From contig JBJKQR010000058.1 of NCBI GenBank assembly GCA_046735395.1, positions 1 through 29,251 of the forward strand: a stretch of 29,251 nucleotides of DNA, written 5' to 3'. The notes beneath the pieces are model-generated. The model saw nothing but the letters and a program-made list of their open reading frames with translations. It was not told the DNA's origin and did no database searches. This document shows positions 1 through 7,550 of this stretch, one piece after another. The translations under genes were made by a program, and so were the position numbers. The stretch's first letter is position 1, and every line of letters starts with the position of its first letter. This DNA comes from Fidelibacterota bacterium. GTDB taxonomy: Bacteria > Fidelibacterota > Fidelibacteria > Fidelibacterales > DSDE01.

Positions 1-2
1 CT

Positions 3-392
3 GCAAATCCCCAGTTTCTACTGGGACGGGATCATCCTAAAACGGAACTTTTCGTGTCATCCTTCCCGAAGGATTGGAATCTGACATGTTTTCAAAACGG
101 CCAGGCCATATCCGATCGTCACATCTGGATTAATTCCACGCCCGTTCATACCCGGGAATTCACACCTGCCCTGCCCATACGGCCGGGGGATGTGATCTAT
201 CACCTTTCCTACCGCCTCCCTGAATGCAGCGAGAACGGCATACGGGAATTCAATGGCCTCACCATGCTGGTTTATCAGGCTGTCGCGGCCGCCTCACACT
301 GGTTTCCGGGACTCGATCTGAACACGGAAGAAACGGACGCGCTGGCCGCGTTCGCCTTACAGGAATATGTAAAACTGCAGAATCACCGCTGA
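3..392 (+). CDS. aroE: shikimate dehydrogenase, C-terminal part (5' truncated by window edge)
   Basis: Frame 3 is open from the window start. It contains INSTPV, DVIYHLSY and NGLTMLVYQAVAAASHW, resembling the AroE C-terminal INxTP / D(L/M)xY / GLxMLxxQA motifs, and lies directly upstream of aroC. Confidence 0.7.
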   Translation, partial: ANPQFLLGRDHPKTELFVSSFPKDWNLTCFQNGQAISDRHIWINSTPVHTREFTPALPIRPGDVIYHLSYRLPECSENGIREFNGLTMLVYQAVAAASHWFPGLDLNTEETDALAAFALQEYVKLQNHR

Positions 393-406
393 TAAAGGAA
401 GAGAAT

Positions 407-1549
407 ATGGGCCGAATCGAATATATCACAGCAGGAGAAAGTCACGGGCCGGCACTGACGGCCATTATCACCGGACTGCCTGCCGGTTTCCGTCTGAATC
501 CGGAAAAGCTGGCCGAACAGATGCAGCGCCGCCAGAGTGGTTTCGGACGCGGCGGACGGATGAAAATTGAAAGCGATCAGGTGGAAATCCTCTCCGGCCT
601 GCGCGGATCCGTCACCCTCGGTTCCCCCCTCACCCTTCAGATCCGGAACCGGGATTTTGCCAATTGGGCCGGCATCATGGATCCCTTCGGCGAAATTACT
701 GCTGAAAAGCTCACGAGCCCCCGTCCCGGCCATGCCGACTATGCCGGAATGCTGAAATATGAAACCGATGATATTCGAAATATCCTGGAACGGGCCTCCG
801 CCCGGGAAACCGCCATCCGCACCGCAGCGGGAGCCGTGTGCAGACAGCTTCTGGAAGAACTGGACATCCGCATTCATGCACGGGTTCTGCAGATCGGCAC
901 GGTTCAGGACAATTTCGCTGTCCCGGCTGAGAATGAATTTTCGAAACCACGGCAAAACGACCTCAATGTTTTGAATGACGAAGCTGCCGATGCCATGAAA
1001 CGTGAAATACAGTCCGCTATGAAAAACGGGGACAGTCTGGGCGGAATCTTTCAGGTGCTGGTCTATGGACTGCCGGTGGGACTGGGCAGCCATACGCAGT
1101 GGAATGAGCGTATCTCCTCGCATCTGGCCCGGCATATCATGGGTATCAATGCACTGAAGGGAATCGATTTCGGAAGCGGATTTGCCTCTGCTGCCGTCCC
1201 CGGGTCCGGCTATCATGATGAATTTGACCTGATCGACGGCAAAGTCAGCCGCCTGAGCAATCACGCCGGCGGACAGGAAGGGGGCATGAGCAATGGAGAG
1301 GTTCTCTATTTCCAGGCTGTCATGAAAGCCATCCCGACTCTGGCCCGGCCTCTGCAGACCATTGATATGGCCACACTCAGCCTGAAGAAGGCCTTCAAGG
1401 AACGCACCGACAGCTGTGCCGTCCCCGCAGCCTCCGTGGTGGCCGAAAATGTGACTGCCATTCCTCTCCTGAACCTCCTCCTCTCCAAATACGGCGGAGA
1501 CAGTATGAACGAATTGAAACGGCATATGGGACGCGGCGAATCAAAGTGA
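407..1549 (+). CDS. aroC: chorismate synthase
   Basis: TAGESHG, RRQxGxGRGGRM, PRPGHAD, ERASARETA, GGMSNGE and RTDSCAVPAA motifs. The start is set at ATG 407, after AAAGGAAGAG, not at 224. Confidence 0.97.
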   Translation: MGRIEYITAGESHGPALTAIITGLPAGFRLNPEKLAEQMQRRQSGFGRGGRMKIESDQVEILSGLRGSVTLGSPLTLQIRNRDFANWAGIMDPFGEITAEKLTSPRPGHADYAGMLKYETDDIRNILERASARETAIRTAAGAVCRQLLEELDIRIHARVLQIGTVQDNFAVPAENEFSKPRQNDLNVLNDEAADAMKREIQSAMKNGDSLGGIFQVLVYGLPVGLGSHTQWNERISSHLARHIMGINALKGIDFGSGFASAAVPGSGYHDEFDLIDGKVSRLSNHAGGQEGGMSNGEVLYFQAVMKAIPTLARPLQTIDMATLSLKKAFKERTDSCAVPAASVVAENVTAIPLLNLLLSKYGGDSMNELKRHMGRGESK

Positions 1550-2061
1550 ACACTTTATTTTTAACCGGAATGATGGGAAGCGGGAAAAGTGCCATCGGAC
1601 GCGTTCTGGCGGCAAAACTGAACTGGCACTTCATTGATCTGGACAAACAGATCGAAAATGAAACCGGCCTGAAAATCGCCGATATTTTCCGTGTTGAGGG
1701 CGAAGCCGCCTTCCGGAAGTATGAAAAACTGGTCAGCCGCAAGCTGAATATAGATAAATCCATTATATCAACGGGCGGAGGCTTTCCTGTGGATCCGGAA
1801 AATCGTGCCTGGATGCGGGAACAGGGACTTATCGTCTGGCTGGATGTGAGCCCGGAGACCATATTCAAGCGGGTCCGCCATCGCCGGCACCGTCCCCTGC
1901 TCCAGAACAACATGAACGTCACATTTATCCGCAGCCTTCTGGAATCCCGGCTGGAAGCATACCAGGATGCCCAGATCCAGATTGACGCAAACAGTGACGA
2001 CCTGGAAAAAAAAACCGAAAAGATAATCGAAAAGGTTCTTCATGCACAAAATTCGAATTGA
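1546..2061 (+). CDS. aroK: shikimate kinase
   Basis: P-loop GMMGSGKS, DLD, GEAAFR..E, STGGG and RPLL motifs. GTG start overlaps the aroC stop (GTGA). Confidence 0.95.
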   Translation: MNTLFLTGMMGSGKSAIGRVLAAKLNWHFIDLDKQIENETGLKIADIFRVEGEAAFRKYEKLVSRKLNIDKSIISTGGGFPVDPENRAWMREQGLIVWLDVSPETIFKRVRHRRHRPLLQNNMNVTFIRSLLESRLEAYQDAQIQIDANSDDLEKKTEKIIEKVLHAQNSN

Positions 2062-3145
2062 CCTGAAAGAACGCAGTTACTCCGTTCTCATTGAGAATGA
2101 TCTGCTGAAACATATCGGGGAACGGCTGAGTCCCTTCAAGCTCAATCGGAAAATCGCGCTGATTTCAGGAGAACACGTCAGCCCGCTCTATGAGGAAATT
2201 GTTCAGAAGAGCCTTGAAGAGGCCGGACATGAAGTCCTGTTTTTCCAGATGCCCTCCGGTGAAAAGAACAAGAATATCGATACGGTCCAGATGATTTACG
2301 ATCATCTTCTGACAATGAAACTGGACAGAAGTTCCGGTATCGTGGCCCTCGGGGGCGGCGTTATCGGTGATACGGCCGGTTTCGCGGCGGCTACTCTTTT
2401 TCGCGGCATCAATCTCATTCAGATTCCCACGACCCTCCTGTCCCAGGTGGATTCGGCTGTAGGCGGCAAGGTCGGTATCAATCATCCCCGGGGGAAGAAT
2501 CTGGTAGGCGCCATTTATCAGCCGAAAGCTGTTATCATTGATCCGACGGTTCTCCAGACACTGGCCTACCGGGAACGGGTCAGCGGCTTTGCCGAAATCG
2601 TCAAATACGGGTTAATCCGTGACCGCATTCTCTATGAATTTCTGATCAAGGAACATAAGGCAATCCTGAATCTGGATGATAAGGAGGCCGTACTGAGCGC
2701 CATCACCCGAGCCGTGGAAATCAAGGCCGCAATCATCAGCGAAGATGAGATGGAAAGCAATACGCGCATGATTCTGAATTTTGGCCACAGCATCGGCCAT
2801 GCCATTGAAAATACAGCAGGTTATGGTGTATTCACCCACGGTGAAGCGGTGCTGGTCGGGATGGTCGGTGCAGTCCGTATCAGCCATGAAATGGGCCTTA
2901 TCGACCGTCAGCTCTTTCAGGATCTGGTGGACGACCTCAAACTGCTTCCGGTTCAGCCCACGCTACAAAACCTCGATACCGACTCGATCCTGAACGCCAT
3001 GCACCATGATAAAAAAGTCAAGGATGGCAAACTGCGCTTCATCCTCCTGAAAAATATCGGAGAAACCCAGATCCGCGACGATGTACCCGAATCATTGATC
3101 GGCGAAACCATTCAATGGCTGAAGGAGATCCGTTTTGAAAAATGA
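2042..3145 (+). CDS. aroB: 3-dehydroquinate synthase
   Basis: GEKNK, ALGGGVIGD, PTTLLSQVDSAVGGKVGIN, KNLVG, LNFGHSIGHAIE, HGEAV and DKK motifs. Confidence 0.97.
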   Translation: MHKIRIDLKERSYSVLIENDLLKHIGERLSPFKLNRKIALISGEHVSPLYEEIVQKSLEEAGHEVLFFQMPSGEKNKNIDTVQMIYDHLLTMKLDRSSGIVALGGGVIGDTAGFAAATLFRGINLIQIPTTLLSQVDSAVGGKVGINHPRGKNLVGAIYQPKAVIIDPTVLQTLAYRERVSGFAEIVKYGLIRDRILYEFLIKEHKAILNLDDKEAVLSAITRAVEIKAAIISEDEMESNTRMILNFGHSIGHAIENTAGYGVFTHGEAVLVGMVGAVRISHEMGLIDRQLFQDLVDDLKLLPVQPTLQNLDTDSILNAMHHDKKVKDGKLRFILLKNIGETQIRDDVPESLIGETIQWLKEIRFEK

Positions 3146-3596
3146 GGATACTCTGAAAATCCTGGTACTTCACGGCCCCAACCTGAACCTCCTCGGACTC
3201 AGGGACAAAAGCCATTATGGAACGCTGACCCTGGACAAGCTGAACCGCCTGCTCAGGCAGGAAGCCGCGAAACTGGGCATAGAGCTGAAAATATTTCAAA
3301 GCAACAGTGAAAGCCGCCTGGTCACGCTGATACAGAGACAGCGCAAAAGCTGCGACGGTATCGTGATCAATCCGGCGGCCTACACCCATTACAGCATTGC
3401 CATCCGGGATGCGCTTGAAGCTGTTCCCATCCCTGCCGTGGAAGTTCATCTCAGCAATATTCATGATCGGGAGGATTTCCGAAAAATCTCCGTAACAAAA
3501 GACGTTTGTATTCATCAGATATATGGAAAAAAGGAAGAAAGCTACACGGAAGCTCTACAGTTCATCGTGGATTATCTGAGAAAACAAAAGGATTAA
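3135..3596 (+). CDS. aroQ: type II 3-dehydroquinate dehydratase
   Basis: HGPNLNLLGxR..HYG, INPAAYTHYS and VEVHLSNIHxRExFR motifs. TTG start after AAGGAG. Confidence 0.95.
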   Translation: MKNEDTLKILVLHGPNLNLLGLRDKSHYGTLTLDKLNRLLRQEAAKLGIELKIFQSNSESRLVTLIQRQRKSCDGIVINPAAYTHYSIAIRDALEAVPIPAVEVHLSNIHDREDFRKISVTKDVCIHQIYGKKEESYTEALQFIVDYLRKQKD

Positions 3597-3598
3597 AC

Positions 3599-4090
3599 AT
3601 GAAAAAAATTATCAGTCTTTCCATTCTTGCGCTATTAATGATCGGACTCACCTCCTGTTCCGGAGGATCCAGCCTGCCGAAGGCGCCGGATTTCACACTT
3701 CGCGACGGAAACGGAAAAACCTATTCTCTTTCCGATTTCAAGGGAAAGATGGTCATCATCGACTTCTGGGCGACCTGGTGCCCTCCCTGTAAAAAGGAAA
3801 TTCCGGACTTTATTGATCTATACAGTAAGTTTCATGACAAAGGGCTGGAGATTCTCGGCATCTCTGTCGATCAGGGCGGATGGATGGTTACCAATGAATT
3901 TGCCACCAGCCACGGCATGAATTATCCGGTTATGATGGCCAATCGTGATGTCGTATATCAGTACGGTGGAATCAGCAGCATCCCCACCACCTATATCATC
4001 GACCAGAAGGGACGCATTGCCGCACAGTTCACCGGATATCAGCCCCGTGAGGTCTGGGAAGCACAGATTGTCAAAATCCTGAAATTGTAG
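3599..4090 (+). CDS. TlpA/ResA-family thiol-disulfide oxidoreductase, predicted lipoprotein
   Basis: MKKII + hydrophobic stretch + LTSC lipobox; APDFTL, FWATWCPPC and cis-Pro IPTTYII motifs. The start is set at ATG 3599, 2 nt after the aroQ stop. Confidence 0.9.
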   Translation: MKKIISLSILALLMIGLTSCSGGSSLPKAPDFTLRDGNGKTYSLSDFKGKMVIIDFWATWCPPCKKEIPDFIDLYSKFHDKGLEILGISVDQGGWMVTNEFATSHGMNYPVMMANRDVVYQYGGISSIPTTYIIDQKGRIAAQFTGYQPREVWEAQIVKILKL

Positions 4091-4125
4091 GCGGACATAT
4101 CGAAGAGGAAAGCTCACATCACCCC

Positions 4126-4776
4126 TTGGCGGATCTGGGGCCCGATGTCATCTGGGGAGGCCCCGGCCTCTTTCAGCAACTGGTTTTCATCCTGATTGCC
4201 GGATCGGTCTGGGCGCTGAGCAGCCTCCTCGTCTCCATCAATCCTCATACTTTTGAATCCATCATATCCTGGCAGGACCGTGTGAGCGCCCTGCTGCATC
4301 CGGATGAGCTGGCCGGCTATCTGCTGATAGCACTGATTCTGGGTGCTGTTCTGTCGCTGGCCTTTCTGCTCCTCGAGATCCTCATTGCATTCTTCAAACA
4401 CCAGAATGCCAGTATCCGTCTACGACGAAATGATTTCCTGCTTCCTGTCTCCCGGCCGCAGAAACTTCACGCTCTGGGAATCATCATTCTCGGCGCCTCC
4501 GTCGAGGAAATGCTATTCCGGGCCTTTCTCTTCGAAGCATTCCTGCCCATCTGGTCCACCTGGCTCTGGTCTGCCCTGCTCGTCTCAGCCATCTTTGCTC
4601 TGATCCATACCAATCTGCAGGGACTCAGCGCCTCAATCTGGATTTTCCTGACCTCTCTCATTCTGGTTTTCATCATCCAGACAACACACTCCCTGTTCTT
4701 CGCCATATTTCTGCATTTTTCCGTTAATTTTTATAACCTGTTCGTCCTGCCGGGGCTTCAGAGGAGGTTTACATGA
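4126..4776 (+). CDS. CPBP (CAAX/Abi-like) intramembrane metalloprotease
   Basis: Multiple hydrophobic segments; EEMLFR, FALIH and H..VN motifs. Start codon (TTG) is uncertain. Confidence 0.8.
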   Translation: MADLGPDVIWGGPGLFQQLVFILIAGSVWALSSLLVSINPHTFESIISWQDRVSALLHPDELAGYLLIALILGAVLSLAFLLLEILIAFFKHQNASIRLRRNDFLLPVSRPQKLHALGIIILGASVEEMLFRAFLFEAFLPIWSTWLWSALLVSAIFALIHTNLQGLSASIWIFLTSLILVFIIQTTHSLFFAIFLHFSVNFYNLFVLPGLQRRFT

Positions 4777-5207
4777 GAGTGTCCCCCATTCAGCGTATGG
4801 CCGCCATGATTCTGGTCGTCGGCCTGATTTTCTGGTTCTATAAAAAACAGAACGACCGCTTTGAACAGAATAATATGCCGCTCATTTCCGGAACGGAACA
4901 CGTTATTTACAGTCAGAATGCCGGCCTCGACAAACTGTATCTGGAAAATGTCCTCAAGCTTAATATCATCGACGTGAACTTTAATGAAATCATTTTTCGG
5001 GAAGGCGTCATCCTGAAGAATATGCCGACCGAAACGCCTGCGCAGGATACGCTGCAGCTCCGGACCCGGAAGATGAAGGATGTCTGGGCCAATGTGCTGG
5101 CATCCCAGGCACGGATCATTCAGGCCCCGGATCTGGCCACAACGGCTTCAACAGCCCTGTTCATACTGCCCGGCGGTACTCCCGTCAGACTGGTATCACG
5201 AAACTGA
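4773..5207 (+). CDS. hypothetical membrane-anchored protein with divergent VOC/glyoxalase-like domain
   Basis: ATGA overlap with the upstream gene and GAGGAGG RBS; N-terminal TM helix; ISGTEHVIYS...YLENVLKL and ...LPGGTPVRL resemble VOC beta-alpha-beta-beta-beta units. Confidence 0.5.
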   Translation: MRVSPIQRMAAMILVVGLIFWFYKKQNDRFEQNNMPLISGTEHVIYSQNAGLDKLYLENVLKLNIIDVNFNEIIFREGVILKNMPTETPAQDTLQLRTRKMKDVWANVLASQARIIQAPDLATTASTALFILPGGTPVRLVSRN

Positions 5208-5268
5208 TTTTCCCCGATATATATCCCGGGGCTTGATAGCAGCCGGTGATTTTCCACTTTATTTAAAT

Positions 5269-5295
5269 AAAAAAAAAGCCCCGTCGAAACGGGGC
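5269..5295 (-). terminator. rho-independent terminator of pruA
   Basis: Perfect stem GCCCCGT-(4 nt)-ACGGGGC at 5278-5295, followed on the - strand by T9, 7 nt after the pruA stop. Confidence 0.85.
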
Positions 5296-5302
5296 GAATA
5301 AT

Positions 5303-6937
5303 TTATTCTTCGTCCATGAAGGGATATCGGTAATCGGTAGCCGGCAGGAACGTCTCCTTGATGGTGCGGACGGATATCCATCGCATCAGGTTCTGAGCGG
5401 ACCCGGCCTTGTCATTCGTTCCGCTGGCACGGGATCCGCCGAAGGGCTGCTGGCCCACCACGGCGCCGGTCGGTTTGTCATTGATATAGAAATTTCCGGA
5501 TGAGTGCCGCAGAATGGTGCGTGCGGTTTCCACCGCAACCCGGTCCCGGGCAAATACAGCTCCGGTCAGAGCATAGATGGACGTTTCGTCACAGACTTTC
5601 AGGTTTTCCTCATACTTCTTCTCATCATACACGTAGATGGTGAGAACAGGGCCGAAAATTTCCTCTTCCATGGTGCGAAAATGGGGATCGGTGGTGACGA
5701 TCGTCGTCGGCTCAATGAAATAGCCTTTCTTATCATCGTAATTACCGCCGGTGATAATGTCCGCATCCTTCGATTTAGCGGCATAATCAATATAGCCGCT
5801 GATGGTATCAAAAGCGCCCCGATCAATGACGGCGCCCATGAAATTACGAAAATCCATCACATCACCCATGCCGATGGATTTGACTTCCGCCACATACTTC
5901 TTTTTCACTTCGGGCCAGATGGATTGGGGAATGTAGGCACGGGATGCAGCAGAGCACTTCTGCCCCTGATATTCAAAGGCGCCTCTCACCATGGCAGTCA
6001 CCAGAGCATCCACATCACTGCTTTCGTGGGCAAAGATGAAATCCTTGCCGCCCGTCTCCCCCACGATGCGGGGATAAGTATGATAGGAGGCGATGTTATT
6101 TCCCACGGTCTTCCACATATGCTGAAAAACTTCCGTGGATCCGGTGAAATGAATCCCAGCCAGCAGCGGCGAATTCATGACCACATTTCCCACACGGGAT
6201 CCGGATCCGGGGATGAAATTGATCACACCATCCGGAACACCGGCATCCCTGAAGAGTCTCATGAGCCAGTATCCGGAGTAAACCGACGATGATGCGGGCT
6301 TCCACAGCACCACATTGCCCATGAGGGCAGGGGCCGTGGGAAGATTTCCGGCGATGGAGGTGAAATTGAAGGGTGTTACCGCAAAAATAAAACCTTCGAG
6401 AGCCCGGTATTCCAGCTGATTCCAGGTTCCGTCCGGGCTGTAGGGCGGCTGTTCCGAATAAATTCCGGCCATGTATTCAGTATTGAAATTGTAAAAATCA
6501 ATCAGTTCACAGGCGCTGTCGATTTCCGCCTGAAAGACGGTCTTGCTTTGGGACAGCATCGTCGCGGCATTGAGGATATCACGATAAGGGCCCTGGAGCA
6601 GCAGAGCCATCTTCTTGAAAATAGCCGCCCGCGATTCCCAGGGCATTTCGCTCCAGACTCTGAAAGCTTTCTGAGAGGCATCAATGGCCATCTGAATCTC
6701 TTCAGGACCGGCCTGATGATAATGAGCCAGCACATGGCCGTGATCATGCGGAATGACGCATTTGCCCGTATTCCCGGTTCTGATTTCCCGTCCGCCGATG
6801 ATCAGGGGAATGTCGAGAGTCATGGATTTCAGTTCCTTCAGTTTCGCCTGAAGGGACTTTTTCTCGGCTGAACCGGGTTGATAAGACCTCACCGCTTCAT
6901 TTACCGCTCGGGGCACTCTGGCAATCCCGTTATGCAT
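5303..6937 (-). CDS. pruA: L-glutamate gamma-semialdehyde (P5C) dehydrogenase
   Basis: ALDH4-type motifs QAEIDSACELIDF, PFNFTSI, FTGST, GETGGKDF, FEYQGQKCSA (catalytic Cys) and NDKPTGAVVGQQPFGG; AAGGAGG RBS. Confidence 0.95.
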   Translation of the reverse strand: MHNGIARVPRAVNEAVRSYQPGSAEKKSLQAKLKELKSMTLDIPLIIGGREIRTGNTGKCVIPHDHGHVLAHYHQAGPEEIQMAIDASQKAFRVWSEMPWESRAAIFKKMALLLQGPYRDILNAATMLSQSKTVFQAEIDSACELIDFYNFNTEYMAGIYSEQPPYSPDGTWNQLEYRALEGFIFAVTPFNFTSIAGNLPTAPALMGNVVLWKPASSSVYSGYWLMRLFRDAGVPDGVINFIPGSGSRVGNVVMNSPLLAGIHFTGSTEVFQHMWKTVGNNIASYHTYPRIVGETGGKDFIFAHESSDVDALVTAMVRGAFEYQGQKCSAASRAYIPQSIWPEVKKKYVAEVKSIGMGDVMDFRNFMGAVIDRGAFDTISGYIDYAAKSKDADIITGGNYDDKKGYFIEPTTIVTTDPHFRTMEEEIFGPVLTIYVYDEKKYEENLKVCDETSIYALTGAVFARDRVAVETARTILRHSSGNFYINDKPTGAVVGQQPFGGSRASGTNDKAGSAQNLMRWISVRTIKETFLPATDYRYPFMDEE

Positions 6938-7001
6938 GATAGCCTCCTTTTTCCTGTTTTATATCAATCCCTGGCCAGAAAACGAAATGTCCGTTCTCCG
7001 G

Positions 7002-7550
7002 TCAGACCTTGTCAATGACAATTTCCCTGCGGGGCTGGGGAATAACGACCTTATTGACTAAAAGTCCCTTGGTGCGGATATAGTCTGCGGCGGCATTGAC
7101 CGCCTCCCGCACAGCTTCCGTCTCCCCGGTAATGGTATAATAGGCTTTTCCTCCGATGGCCATGGCCAGATGCATCTGCAGAATACGTACATCTGCCGCC
7201 TTCAGACTGGCATCGGCAGCTTCCACGGCTGCCGCCACGGAAAAAGTTTCCACAACGCCCAGCGCGTCCACATCCGTCAGTTCATTGGTTCCGGCAATGG
7301 CCGGAAGGATATCGCCATGAATATTATTGACGACCATGGAATCCACATAGCTATCATCCGCGGCCCGAATACCGGCCTCCATGGACTGAGCCACCGCCTC
7401 ACTGCTTCCTCCGATGAATACCATGTATTTTCCCGGACAGATACTGCGGTTCATGAGCAGCTCCACATCCGCACGCTTCAGCATAATGTCCGCGACTTCA
7501 AAGCCCCGGGCGATACTGGTCAGTTCTATGATTCCTACGGCGTGATGCAT
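7002..7550 (-). CDS. pduT: tandem BMC-domain shell protein (BMC-T), PduT-like
   Basis: Two BMC domains (AVGIIE..SIARG..ADIMLK.A.V and ALGVVET...AAD..LKAADV); RSIC38PGKY matches the PduT Fe-S-binding Cys38. Confidence 0.85.
   Translation of the reverse strand: MHHAVGIIELTSIARGFEVADIMLKRADVELLMNRSICPGKYMVFIGGSSEAVAQSMEAGIRAADDSYVDSMVVNNIHGDILPAIAGTNELTDVDALGVVETFSVAAAVEAADASLKAADVRILQMHLAMAIGGKAYYTITGETEAVREAVNAAADYIRTKGLLVNKVVIPQPRREIVIDKV

Noticed and set aside
224..406. N-terminal extension of the aroC ORF
   Set aside because: It overlaps aroE in another frame; family homology and the RBS point to ATG 407.
2006..2014. A9 tract in aroK as a programmed frameshift producing an AroK-AroB fusion
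   Set aside because: The aroB frame has a TAA at 2024-2026, between the tract and the aroB start, so no fusion is possible.
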